From positions 9,612,001-9,676,000 of the forward strand of contig CM052818.1 of the NCBI GenBank assembly GCA_028534125.1: DNA of 64,000 nucleotides, read 5' to 3'. Below, piece by piece: positions 1 to 12,830 of the stretch. A program made the position numbers and the translations under genes. Source of the stretch: Lama glama (lineage: Eukaryota). The stretch's first letter is position 1, and every line of letters begins with the position of its first letter. The notes under the pieces were generated by a model. The model made no database searches. It worked only from the letters and a program-made list of their open reading frames with translations, and had not been told where the DNA came from.

Positions 1-633
1 TGTTGCTAAGGATGTAAAGAAACTGGAAACCTGGTGCACTGCTGTTGAGAATGTAAAATGGTACAGTCACTGTGGAAAACAGTATAGCAGTTCTTCGAAA
101 AGTTAAACATAGCATTACCATATGATCCAGCAATTCCCACTTCTGGGTATATACACAAATGAAGAAAAGCAGGGACTTTAACAGTACACCCATGTTCACA
201 GCAGCATTCTTCACAATAGCCAAAAGCTAGTAACAACCTAGTATTCATTGACAAGTGAATAGATGAACAAAATGTGGCATATACATACAACGGAATGTTA
301 TTCAGCCTTAAAAAGAAATGAAATTCTGATACGTTACACATGGATGAATGGTTGAAGGCATTATGCTAAGTGAAGTAAGCCAGATACAGAAGGATGACAC
401 ATTATAAGAGTCCACTTATATCACATTCTGTAACAGTCAAATTCATAGATGCAGAAAGTATAACAGTAGCTACCAGGTGCTAAGAAAGGGAGAAATGGTG
501 AGTTATTCTATAATGGATACATAGTTTCAGTTTGGGATGATGAAAAAGTTTTGGAGATGGATAGTGATGATGTTTGCACAACAAAGTGAATATACTTAAT
601 GCCACTGGCCTATACATTTAGAAAATGGTTAAA
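1..633 (+). mobile_element. L1 (L1M-type) ORF2 3' end and 3' UTR
   Basis: Typical motifs ccatatgatccagcaattcc, atgttcacagcagcatt, ctaagtgaagtaagccag, ttttggagatggatagtgatgatg. Confidence 0.88.
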
Positions 634-1389
634 ACGCTCTTCCATGATGCCATCACCACCCACTGGGCTTCCTTCCTTCTTGCTTTCTCTCAGCTGTCAC
701 TTCAACTCAGTAACACACCATGTCACCTACCTGCATCCCAAATCCTTGTCCCATCCAGCTCCAGCCACAGACATGCTGGAAAGTGGCAGATTCTTTCATG
801 CTCTGTGTCATTTCTCACCTCCCACCCCATTTATTCCTTGACCCCTGACTCCCAGAACCCTGAAAATTTCATTCCCTCTTGTTATCAAAACCTTCGTTTC
901 AATCCTTTGTACCAAGAATGCTGATTAAAAACATAAAGTGTTTCCACTCTCAAGGATATTTGTTTATTAACAAGAGCTTAAAGTGAAAGCAAGACAGTTG
1001 GGGTAGAATTTCAGGTATCAGCCAGGAGATGGGGAGTTCTCTTTGGAACAAGTGGGGCTTTTCTGGTGCTCCTGGCATCTGCCACATTTGGGTCAGACAT
1101 CCACTCCTCCTAGGGTGAGCAGTTCTGCCCTGCCTCCCCTCTCCTGCTTTCAGTCTCCTTTGGAGTGGTGGCCAGAGGGTGTCAACTCCTGGTGACAGGG
1201 TCCACAGCAATTTGTGCTACAGATGGGTCCAGGGTGCATGTGAGTCCCCAACCACCTCCCTAAGGCCTTGATCCATGTGATTGGGTGAGGTCCTCTGACA
1301 AGAGCATGATCCCCAAACAGCAGGATCAAGACGAGGACATTCAGAGGACTCACAAGTCACAGCTGCCTGAATTTGGAAACTGATAATGA

Positions 1390-1703
1390 GCACAGGACCC
1401 AGGTCTGGCTAATCAGAAGAGTCCACAGTTCAGGGGTCAACCTGTGACCTAATCAGCTCAGTTAGTCTCAATGTCAAGACATCTGCAGAAACCACCAGCA
1501 CAGAAGAGAGCAGGGCTGAGAGGTGTGGAGAGAGACAAACTACAAATGACTCTGCTTGATCTAATCATGCCTGAAGCCTTGATTTTCAGTGTGGAGTAGA
1601 CACTGAGCTTTCAGTTATGTGAGCCAATGCTATTCCTTTTGGGCTTAAACTGGTCTGAGTGGGGTATATGTCTCTTCTGATCCAAGGTTCCTGATCAAAA
1701 CAC
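1390..1703 (+). mobile_element. ERVL/MaLR LTR fragment (MLT1-like 3' end)
   Basis: tttcagttatgtgagccaat...cttaaactggtctgagtgggg...aaaaca terminus. Confidence 0.6.
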
Positions 1704-2522
1704 AATGTAACCAACATCAGACTGCCTCCCTTTCTGAGCCTTCCAATCTTAACATGAGATTCCTTGATTTCTCACACAAGAGTCATTGAGCCATCAATCA
1801 TGTCCTGACCTTAGTGGACATTAAACAGGTTCCCTTCAGCCTCCAAAAGACAAGTGGAATAAAATGAGTGCCATTTCTTGTTCATGAAATTAGTGCAGCC
1901 TTTTTCCTACCACAGCTAGTAGGGCTGCTTGGAGGTTCTATTTTGGATTTTAGAAAGCTAACTGGAAGTGACCAAAACTCATCAACATCGAGCTGTGACA
2001 TTTAACAGGGCACCTGGGTTGAAATAGTTTTTTCTTCTACATTAATGGCCAAAGTCTATCAGTTTTTACTAGAGGAAGAAAGAAAAAATGATATTAAACA
2101 GCAAGATAAATGGATAATATTTCAGTACATACAATGTTCACACAAGAGAAAGATGGTTCTGTTGAGAAGCCTTTGTTATTTATGATTCGCAGTTAACCTT
2201 TTCATGCAGAAGCCATTTATAACCTCAGGAAGTCATTACAGCTTGATAAGGTTTTTAGAAAATCCATTCATCATCCAGCTGTTTATCACAGAACAAGTTA
2301 ACACTGAGCTGTACAACAGGAAACACTGCCCTTGGCAGAGGTGATGACACTTAAGACAGTACTTCTCTCACTAAGGAAACAGGCACCAGTTCCCAAATGC
2401 CACAGTTAAGCACAACAGCCTACAAAAATCACTGCAAAAGATTTTGCAAAACTTTATAGGAAGTATCTCTTCATGTGGAACTGAAATATCTTTGAGAAAG
2501 AGTGTGTTAGCAGTAGTGTACT

Positions 2523-2622
2523 TTTATTTTCCTTTCTTTCTTTTTAATGGAGATACTGGGGAATGAACCCCAGACCTTGTGAATGCTAAGCATGCACTCT
2601 ACCACTGAACTATACCCTCCCC
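2523..2622 (-). mobile_element. tRNA-derived SINE (Vic-1-like)
   Basis: Minus-strand head GGGGAGGGTATAGTTCAGTGGTAGAGTGCATGCTTAGC...GGTTCATTCCCCAGT with A and B boxes, A-rich tail, and TSD-like tagcagtagtgtac / tagaagcagtgtac. Confidence 0.85.
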
Positions 2623-3472
2623 TTAGAAGCAGTGTACTATTAATATCACATTATAATCACCCAAATTGGGTAAATACATTCCTGGCTTCAACCACGCTAG
2701 CCACAACATCCATCTTGGGCCACATTTTAAAGTCCCTTGGTCTTGCAGGCTTCACGAAGATGGAAGAATACGAAGTTGAAGATTCAGCCACCACTGAGCC
2801 ATCATCCCAGTGGTCCCCTTCGACCCTCTCGTTTGTGAAGGACATACCTAGGCTGCAGGCAGAGGAGAATGTTCTTGCCACGTATCTGAGCATCTTCTGC
2901 CATGCCCCATGCTACACGGTTAGTAAGGATCAAATTCCAAGGACTTTGAAAAAACAGATCGGTCTCTGATTCAACATCTTCCTGAGATGTCTGGGAAACA
3001 TGTTAAAGCCGACCTGGTTCATCTGTTCCTGGGAGACTTCCTGACCTAGTGAATCCAACCCAGGGAAGAGGTGATTCGTCATTCCAGTCTACCTCAGGGT
3101 TTGTATAGGCTGAGCCTTTTGCACTCACATTGTTTTCAAGTCTCCTCCCCATTTCCCAACCCTGTAACAACTCAGAACCTGTAACAATCCCTGGGAACCA
3201 CTATCAAGAGGCAGATGGGAGACTTCCTTTGGTGTTTGAGTTTGGAAGCTCCAGCCTTAGAGGCTGATGGCAGTGGTTTTGTTTTGTTTTTTCCTTTTCA
3301 TTCAGTTCAGTCTGTAAGCTTTCTGCTTTTATTTCCTTCTAAACATAATGTGCTCTAATCATCTGTACTGTTATGATTTTATAAATCAATCCACTTTTTT
3401 AGTTTTTATTCCTTTTGATCAACCCCTTTGGTTTCAGCATTTCTGAAAAGGATACTAAGGAATTATCTAGGG

Positions 3473-3704
3473 CAGGGCTTCACTAACCCTCTGTGTTGAA
3501 GGAGCAGGTTTTTGTTTTTAATTCCAATCCACTGAGGATGAGTATTTTAGTAAAACAGAATTAACCATACACCTGAATATCACAGCAGTGTAAAATAGTT
3601 ATCTAAAGTTTCTAGGTATTTACTGTCAATTTCTGCATTTAGTTGCAGACCAGTGACATTTAGGGACCAGCACCATTTCACAGATCACATTTAGAGTAAC
3701 ACTG
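3473..3704. mobile_element. hAT-Charlie-type MITE
   Basis: Termini cagggcttcactaa and tagagtaacactg; left flank atctaggg resembles the NTCTAGAN target. Confidence 0.6.
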
Positions 3705-3884
3705 GTTACCAGTTTCCTCATTTATTTGTTTTAAATGCAGTTTTTCATTGTAAAAATTTGTAAAATGTAGAAAAAAGAAAATTAAATCTCTCATAATTCC
3801 ACTACCTGCAGAGAAAAACTGTTGAAACATACTGGTATTTTATACTATATATACTGGTATATATACTGACATATATGTTATACC

Positions 3885-4370
3885 TATGGTAATTGCATAA
3901 CCATCACCACCATCTAAATTTAAAGCGTTTTTATCATCTCTAAAGGAAACCCTTTACCCCTTAACAATCACTCCTTATTCCCTGCTCCCCAGTCCCTGGC
4001 AACCACTAATCTATTTTCTGCCTCTTATAGACTTGCCTATTCCTGACATTTCATACAAATGGTATCATACAATATTTGGCTTTTGTGTTTGGCTTCTTTC
4101 AACTTAGCATAATAATTTTAAGATTCATCCCTGTTGTAGCTGAATTCATCCCTTTATATTGCTGAATAATACTATATTTTATGAATAGATCAAATTTTGG
4201 ACATTTGGGTTATTTCCACTCTTAATATTATGAATAATGCTGCCAAGAATATTGGCACGTTTGGTATAAGTTTTTGCATAGACATATGTTTTCATTTCTC
4301 TTGGGTAAATACCTAGGTGTGAAATTGCTGAGTCATGTGGTAACTCTGTGTTTAGCATTTTGAGAAAATA
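3885..4370 (-). mobile_element. L1M 3' end
   Basis: ccctggcaaccactaatct, atacctaggtgtgaaattgctgagtcat; ORF 4179-4373 is an ORF2 C-terminal remnant. Confidence 0.8.
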
Positions 4371-4486
4371 CATATGTACTGTATAGTTTTTTAAATTGGA
4401 ACCATTGTGTATATACTTTGTTAAACATCATTTTTACTACGAACATTTCCCAATGGCTTTCAATAATCCTCAAAAAGATGATTTTT

Positions 4487-4654
4487 GGCAGCCCATCCCT
4501 CTTCAGAGATGGCCCGCATTCTGTCTATGGAATGTGTACCTACTTTTAATCTGAGCACCCAACCCCCACACCTCATGGCCTTTCTCTTGTATCTCTTTGA
4601 ATAAATCTACCTTCAACGTATCTCTCTGAATAAATCTACCTTCACTCAAAAAAA
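4487..4654 (+). mobile_element. Short polyadenylated retrocopy, LTR R-region-like
   Basis: Perfect 15-bp TSD aaaaagatgattttt (4472-86 and 4655-69); AATAAA 13 nt before a poly(A) run. Confidence 0.8.
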
Positions 4655-5599
4655 AAAAAGATGATTTTTAATACCTATACATATCTCCATTTTATAGAAG
4701 CATTACAATTATTTTCTTATTGTTAGACAATTATCTTTATAAATAGCATCAATGAACATATCTGTACATAAATATGTGAGCACAAATCTGATAGAATTAA
4801 ATTTTTAGTTTTATTAAATATTAATCTTTTCTTTTCAAAAGCTTACTGGCTTCTGGCTCTTTTATTTTAAAATCTCATCCATTTTGTGTCGTCGTTTTCT
4901 GGCTCAAAATATCTTTACATATTGATCTTTTATTTTTATCTCCTATTTATTCCCCCCTTTTTAACCTTATTTCTAATTTCTTAGATTCAGTCTCCTCCCT
5001 TTGTTAAGGCAAAAGCAAACCTTTATTACTCTATTTGAATTAAAAGAAACCCTAGATTCACAAAAGTGCCATTTGAGTAATTCAGTTTTTTAGGAACTTG
5101 CTTAAACTTGATTAATCACTTTCAACTTTTCTGTTACCTTTTCAAGCTCAAGGTAAAAATGATCATGGTACATCACTGATGATAGTTACTTTCATACTTC
5201 ACTTCATTCATAATTTTATGTTCTTCTTCTTAAAGAAGTCCCAGATGTAGTATAGCTTCAGGAGCCACAGGACCTGCACCCAGCCCTGTGCAGGGTACGT
5301 GTATCAGACGCGCTCTGAGAAGTCTCCTTCAACGAGGGGCTGGTTCCTCCCTCCTCCCACCATGGGAGAGGCACACCTGCAGAGTATATTGATAATTCTC
5401 TCTCCTCCCTCCAGGACCTTTCACCCCAAACTCTTCAATGGGTGGGCAATTGCTGATGCAGGAAGAACCAACCTCTCCTTCCCTTACTTGGGCGTGGGTC
5501 CTAAGAGTCTTTGTTACCTCCTATATCATGCTTGATGTTTGGAGTCTCTGCTATAAGTCCAAGTCAGAGCCCCTTTCTAACATCCTATAACACAAGTAA

Positions 5600-6080
5600 A
5601 CAAACATGAATTTCAGATCTTGAGTAATGCCACAAAGAATATAAAGTAACAGAGATCAAGAATGAAGACTACTTTCCATGACCAGGACCTGAATGAGAAG
5701 GAGCCACTATGAGAAGATCTGGGAGCAGAGAGAAGAACTAGTGCAAAGACCCTAAGGAGAAACCGAGCTGGGCGCATTCAAGGGTCCAAAAGAAAGCCAG
5801 TACATCTAGCATGTATCATAGGGATAAGCAGTCTGGTTGGAGTCAGGGTCTGGCAGGGGCTAGGTCATAGAGAATTTTGCAAGTTTTACAGAAATTTATT
5901 TTTTTCTGAATAATTGGAAGTCATTGGACAGCTTCAGTAGGGATGTGATGTGCTCAGATTTTTTATTTTATTTCTTATTTTCATTATGGTTGCCATTGGA
6001 AAGTAGACTGTAGGCAGGAAGGAGAAAAAGCAAGGAAGCTGGAAGCTATTTGGGGATGATGACTTGGATTAGGTGATCCA
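5600..6080 (-). mobile_element. L2 fragment
   Basis: gacctgaatgagaaggagcc...tgcaaagaccctaagg...ggatgtgatgtgctcagat pattern. Confidence 0.6.
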
Positions 6081-6212
6081 GTCAGAACTAACCTGAAACA
6101 TGCAGGTGCCCTAAACAGGTAAATAATCCAGCATGCCTTCAGTGAGACCCCAGTTGGCTGTTCCCAGGGTTGGTGGCAGTCAAGACTTCAGACAATATCA
6201 TAGACCTTAGGA

Positions 6213-6370
6213 TGCCACCTTGACTGCAGCCTTGTGAGAGACTGGAAAGCAGAGGACCCAGTTAAGCTATGCCCAGAATCCTGACCCACAGAAACAGTGA
6301 GATAACACACATGTGTTGTTTTAAGCTGATAAATATTGGGATAATATGTTCACAATAGGTAACTAATGCA
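6213..6370 (+). mobile_element. MLT1-type MaLR LTR 3' end
   Basis: caccttgactgcagccttgtgagag...tcctgacccacagaaacagtgagataa...ttttaagctg...aactaatgca. Confidence 0.8.
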
Positions 6371-6929
6371 GCTCCTGGATGATACTGATGCTCTTGGTCT
6401 GAGGACCACATGCTGAGTAGTCAGAAAGTAAAGGAGAAGAGAAGATCGCTGAAGAAGGGCTAAAGCAGTCAGCAAAAGGCACTGAGTCTGTGGTTTGAGA
6501 GCATCTCAGCCACTGATGTGTTGCTGTTTGTCTTCCTGGTGCAATTACAACAGCATAAAAGAACCAAATGTTTGTGCACACACGTTTCTTTGCCTGTGCC
6601 AGAAGTTGCTAATGGTTTGTAGGTTCTCCCAAGAAAGAAAATCATTAGGATAAAGGAGTCAATACAGTTTGGTAAACAAATTCTCCAGCAATTTTCTTAG
6701 GTTTGGAAAATTATGATTTTCTGTAAAGTTCTTTATTACTGATGATTTCAGATATCTTCACAGATTTGTAACCCTTCACTTTATGTATTAGCTTTTTTAA
6801 AAACTGTTACTGAATTTAAGAACTTGGAAGAAAAAGTCAAGGTCATTGTTTCTCTCCTTAGAATGTTGTATTAGGTAATCTATCCAATCAGATCTTCCAA
6901 GCATGTCACCACATTAAGACAGTGCATTT

Positions 6930-6948
6930 TATATATATATATATATAT
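6930..6948. repeat. (TA)n microsatellite
   Basis: About 9 TA units. Confidence 0.85.
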
Positions 6949-6959
6949 TTAAATGTACA

Positions 6960-7400
6960 CAATTGTTCCTAGCATAGCAGCTCTATGCTACTGATAGTCA
7001 AAAACTGGGGGAAAAAACAACGTCTAACAACTGGAAAATGAATAAACAAATTGTGGAATAGTCATACTATGGAATACTATGCAGTAATAAAAAGAATGCA
7101 CTACTGATATACAGAGCAACACAAACACATTTTAAAAATATCTCGTTGAGTGAAACAAGCCAGACACACAACGATACACACTCTATGATTACATTTATAT
7201 GAACTACAGAACAGGCAAAATTACAGTCAGAATAGTAGAGACCTCTCAGAAGGGAGTATTAAAAAGAAAGGCTATGATGGAACCTTCTGCTGTGATAGAA
7301 ACACCTCACGTGCGGATCTGCATGGAGGCAACATGGATGTATACATATGTAAAATTCACTGAGCTGTATGCTTAAGGTATTTGCATATCACTGTATTTTT
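6960..7400 (+). mobile_element. Old L1 (L1ME/MD-like) 3' end
   Basis: aatgaataaacaaattgtgg...atggaatactatgcag...gttgagtgaaacaagccagacac. Confidence 0.7.
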
Positions 7401-8029
7401 TTTAATTAAAAAAGGAGGCAATGGGATAGAAGATCTAGGAAGACATCTGAGCTGGAGGTGTAAATTTGAGATTTTTATGCACAGGAAATATGTAATGTCA
7501 TAGATCTGCATGAGATCAATTGGGAAGAGAGTTTAGATAGAGGAGAGACCCCCCCAGATTAAGCTCTAGGGAACCAGAGGTTGGGAAAAGGAAAATAAGT
7601 CAGTGAAATAGACTGAAATCAAGAAAGAGAGAGAAGGAGCAGGAAAATAAGGGCTCAGAGAAAATGCTTTAAGAAGAATGGAGTGATCACCTGCAATGAG
7701 AGCTAGAGATGAAAGCAGAGAAGTGTTAGTACGAAAGAGACACCCAGCTGTCAAAACAGGCTCTGTCTAATGTAGGACAACTATCCTCCACTTCCAACCC
7801 TAACTCTGCTACCAATGACCTCAACACACAGCCCTTAAATCCTGAGAGCTTCTGATTTAAAGAACAATAATAGCTTTTTTAAAAGTCCACCTGAAAATCA
7901 GCTGTAAAATATTTTAAATTTACATCGATAAAGCTCCAAGACACAGTCTTACTTCCAAAACACAAAAAAAGAACATAAAATTAAGACTTATTTTTTTCTT
8001 TAAAGAAGTCTTGAAACATTTTTTTTTAT

Positions 8030-10130
8030 TTTTAAAAACTTCTGCAGAATAAGCAGTTTGGACCAGTTTTCCTAGAGGACAACTGGAAAAGCTATATAAA
8101 ATATTTTAAATTATTTGTTTGAAAGCATAGGAGGGCAAATAAGGCCATGAAGAATTATGTGCCAAGATCTAGGAGAAAATGGAGGGATAGAAATCTAGGT
8201 AGCTGAGCCCAGTACTGAGGGCTCTGACAGTCTTCCAATTTCCGCCGATGCAGGTGAGAAGCTGAAAAGAGCTTTGGACAGACTCATGGGGTTAGGGGAA
8301 CACGATTCAGGGCAAATCCTCAGGCTTTAGGTTGAGACACAAGGGGTCACATTCTAAGAATAGGTTGAATAGACAGGCCCTCAAAAGTACTGAAGGCCAA
8401 TTCTGAATTATCTCAATTTCAGAATCGATTAAGTTGCCCTGAGATTGATAGTGCTCCCAGCCACCTATCAGAAGCAAACATGAATTCCCTCTCGAGGAAA
8501 AGGGCATTATTTCAGGCTTCAAATTATCTCTATAATTTTTCCATATACAATGACCACATTAAAAAAAAAAAAGCCAGGCATACAAGGAGACAAGCTGATA
8601 TCTTAACAAATCAAGGGAGGAGGAAAAAACCAGACCCAAAGGGGAACCAGCTGGTAGTTATCAGACATAGATTTTTAAATAGCAATTCTTAAATATGTTC
8701 AAGGAAAAAAAGAAAAAGATGACTTTGGCAGAGCACTGGAAACTATAACAGACAAATAAATGGAAATTCTAGAACTAAAAAATAACAGAAATTAAGAATT
8801 CAATAAATAAGTTTAATAGCAGATCTGTTAAACAGCACCAAAGAAAAAGCACCATCCATTTAAAAAAATTGATAATTGGACCACACTAAAATTATGATCT
8901 TTTGTTTATCAAAATATATTAAAATGAGAAGACAAGCCAAAGAGTGTTCATGTACAAAGGACATATATTCAGAATTTATAAAGGACTCCTGTAAATCAAT
9001 AAGAAAACGACAACCCAATAGAAAATGGGCTTTTTTATTAAATGGGCATTTCACAGGAGAGGATATCCACACGACTAGTAACTCACAACTAATATCCTTA
9101 ACTAGGATAAATTAAAAAACAATTATAACAGACTAAAATGTTTTGATTAAAAATAAAGCTTTCCTCCGTATTTCCAAAGCATGTGAATAACATATATCAT
9201 AAGTAAATTTTTAAAACTACTTTAAAATTAAAGCAACTAAGATACTAGAAGAACATACACTTAATCGTTAATAGTAGTAACCTTCAGACGGGAAAATTAG
9301 AAGGGGAGATTTTTCATTTTTTATATTATGTATTTCTGAATTTTTAAAAAAGTTACAATAATTTAATTTTTCCAATGATTAACATTCATACGGTTCAAAA
9401 AGCAATGCATTATAATGTATAATTGAGAAGTCTCTCACTGTGCCTCTGTCCTCCCTTCCACCCCATAAGAAAGCACGAGTATTCGTTTCTTGTGTATCTT
9501 TCCAGAATTTATGTGGAAATAAGAATCATACAATCTTATTCTCCTTTCCTACACAAAAGGCATACCTTATAAGCTGTTCTGCACCTGGTTTTTTGTTTTT
9601 TGTTTTTGTTTTTTATTTAGCAAGATATCCTGGAGATCTTTACATATCAGTATGTAGGGGACTTCCTCATTCTTTCTCACAGCTGCATAATGCTCGATTG
9701 TGCATATATACCACTGCTGTAAAAACCAGTTCTCAGTTCTCTGATGGATATTTGGGTAGTTTCCAATCTTTTGCTAATTATAGTCGACAACTTCATACAT
9801 CATTTCATATGTAAGCAAGTGTTATCTATAGGAAGAACCCCCCAAAGTGCGATAATTGGAACAAAGTGTAAATGCAGCTGTAGTTTTCTAACCACTAAGG
9901 TTGCGACCCTTTGCTCTCCCACCTGCACTGTAAAGCAGCCTCTGTTACCTCACATTCTATAGAGTATATCGCCAAACGTTTCAATGTTTGCCAATCTGAG
10001 GAGTAAAAAATAGTACCTCAATGTGGTTCTAATTGGCTTTCTCTTAATACAACTGATGCTACACATCTTTTTGTATGTTTAAGGCCTATTTGTAATTATT
10101 TTTCTGTGATATCTTTGTTCCCCAGTCCTT
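8030..10130. mobile_element. Cluster of old L1M fragments in mixed orientation
   Basis: aaatggaaattctagaactaaaaa and caacccaatagaaaatgggc on the plus strand; gatggatatttgggtagtttccaatct-type segment on the minus strand. Confidence 0.6.
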
Positions 10131-10239
10131 TGCCTGTTTTACAGTGAATATTCAATATATATTTGCATTTGGGAAAAAAAATGATTCAAGAGGGTAAAAG
10201 ATGTTAAAATTCCTGTCATAAAAACGAATATACCAGCCT

Positions 10240-10520
10240 TTCTTCCGCGAGTCTGGAATCCGACCAAGGCGAGGATCCTTGAAGATTCTCCAACCATGGC
10301 GACGGCGCCGGCACCCGACAGCGCATGCTCAGAGGACTCTCCCTGGATTCCCAACATCTGCGTGCGCGAGCTCACCAGCCTCCTAACGGAAAATCTGTTG
10401 CGCATGCTCCTTAGCGTGTCCTCCCAGGCGATTTCCCGCAAAGGCGTCGGCTGTTGCCCGTGGCTGGCGCTGAGAGCCTCGCCTGGCCCCCTGCTGTTGG
10501 AAAATGTCCCGAGGCACCAT
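10240..10520. promoter_or_regulatory. CpG-island promoter, probably bidirectional; by recalled human synteny the C2orf74 / divergent lncRNA promoter
   Basis: The only CpG-dense stretch in the window. NRF1-like GCGCATGC at 10321 and 10400, E2F-like TTTCCCGC at 10432, YY1-like CCATGGCG at 10294, and a minus-strand donor CTG|gtgagc at 10376/10375. The gene identity is inferred, not seen in the sequence. Confidence 0.75.
10484..10499 (-). promoter_or_regulatory. Candidate CTCF site at the promoter edge
   Basis: Minus strand CAACAGCAGGGGGCCA matches the CTCF core with one mismatch. Confidence 0.4.
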
Positions 10521-11702
10521 CCCTGATTTGAAGAAGGAATCCCACTACTTAACAAGACTTCTTCCTGAGGCTTTTAAACAAACTTACATAAGCGGGTATT
10601 CAGTAATGCCCCTGTCTAAACAGTCTAAAACGCGTTTTTCGAATTGATGCTTTATATTGAGGAATTTGATTATAAATGACTTTAAAGCGTGTCATGAGTT
10701 TAATAGTAAACTGTATACTTTTTAATGTTCCATAGGCTGCGCTAGAGAGAGAGTCGCCTAGAAAGAAAAGCCTGGGGAGAAAATACTTGTGAGGAAAAAG
10801 AGGCTCTGGCATTTCAAGTTTGGTTGATGAGACGGAGAATTAAACCTTGCCCAAAGACACCATCAACTCCAAAAAGGATGCTGCGCCAGTCACGTTTCGG
10901 CATTTTGTGAGACATTTTGAAATCTATAGAGACAGTGTCCAAGGTTTTCAAGCTGAATACTGGAGCAATGGTTCTGGATGCTCAAGGGCTGCTTTCCCCA
11001 GTAAAGAGCTGTAATGGCTCCACTCTCGGCTCCCCACAGAACATCTTGTGTTCAGTATCTGGTTTTATTGTGGCCTTAGAAGAGAAGTTTAGGGACCAGT
11101 GATTTTTTTTTTTTTGAGTCCTACCAAATGTTTTCTTAATAAATTTCCCTTTCTAAGCAATAGATTGAAATGTCAATACCTGCCTAAGAGGGTGTGATGG
11201 AGATGGCTAACCAAATGTTTCTTTAAAACGCCCAGTTTTCCCATTTCAGAAGCTGCCCATACCTGGTGAGATGCTTCATCAAAGCTCTAATGGGCCTGCT
11301 TATTTTGGAAAATGGATCAGAGCCATGGCTGCCTACATGCAGTTTTGCACAACTATGGCACTCCTATGTGGAGCCAGTTGGATCAGGAGACCTGTCCATA
11401 AACTAATATACCCCAGGTCCTGGTCTTAGTAATGTTAATTATAAAAGGAGGGCAGTGTATTGAACCACTGTGAGAGTAAATTCTTTAATAGTGACTTTGG
11501 GTCAGATTTCTGCATTAGAGTTTCTTTTCTTTGTTCTGAAGCTTGTAACTATTTCTTATTCTTGATGTTTATTTGGACTCAGAAATGTGGATATTTTTTA
11601 ATGGCCTTTGTAGAAGGATTTTCAATGGCATTGCGGGGACAGAGGTGCAATTAGGGTGGATTTTAAGAGTGCATAGGAATCAGTACAAAAGCATCTGTAT
11701 AC

Positions 11703-12830
11703 CAGTGGCCTTCAAACTAGGGCACACAAAGACTTTCCAAGGGATCAATTTTCAGGTCCTCAATTTCATGTAAACTTTCCTAAAATTGCATTTTCCTAAC
11801 AACGGTGTTCCTGAGAGCAGGCCTGTGTTGTGGCCACAGCTTCTCCTTTCCTGCCTCAGCTTTCTCAGTCGTCCTTACCCCTTTTTATAAAGGAAAGGCA
11901 AACAGCTCCTCCTTGTTTAACAATGGGTGTAAAATGTCCAGGGATGACAAGCAGAGGGACAATTCACAACATTGACCTGGACTTGAGAAAGCAGTAACTC
12001 CAATAAATTATTTTTAAAAGCCGGGTGTTTTCATATTCTTTCAACCAAATTGAAGAAGATGATAGATGATAAATGATAGTACACACAGTCATATTTGGCA
12101 TTAATTTAGGAGTCCAAAGAAATGACTGGTTTTGCTGTAAGAGGACTTCTATCTACTTAGTAATATGAAGAAGTTTCTTATCACATAAATATGAGCAATT
12201 GGAATATAAGTGATGCTGAGCCCCATCACTCTGAACAGTAAGTTATGCTTGAAAAGATAAGCCAGTTGAAAAAAAACCCACTCATTTTACTAAGACAGCA
12301 CTGCCAATAAAAGTTTACTTCAATGTGATTTTGATCCATTATGTTTTAATAATTACAATAAACCCATGAGATATTGTTTAACTTTTAGAGACTTCTGGTC
12401 ACAGGAAAAATGTAAACATTTTAATTTCATATACTTTTTTTCAAAGAAATATGATAGGTAATCAATAAAAGACTGTGAAACATAAGATATATTACATTAG
12501 GATAAAATTCTGTGGGGGAAGTGAATTAGAACTAGGAGTTAAACTTAAAAAAGTGATGTAAAATTTGTGTGCTAAAGACAAGATTTTAAAATTGTTTTTG
12601 GTTTTTTTAGTGAATGATGAGTATCACATTTAGATTTACTTGATACATTTTAAAGATTCACATGACAGTGTTAAAACACCAATGTTTACAATATTCTGGA
12701 AATTATAGCCTTCGCAACTATGTAAATAATATGAAAAAATTTAAATGTTAAACTAAAAACATGCCAAGGGAGTACACAGCTTTATAAAATTCTTCTAAGG
12801 TGTTGTAGGCAAAAAACTTTGAAGACCCTG
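11703..12830. mobile_element. hAT-Charlie DNA transposon remnant
   Basis: TIRs cagtggccttcaaac and tttgaagaccctg; interrupts an L2-like sequence. Confidence 0.7.

Noticed and set aside
10139..10555. 138-aa minus-strand ORF across the CpG island
   Set aside because: Non-ATG start, no recognisable homology, runs through a probable splice donor, and stop-poor GC-rich DNA explains its length.
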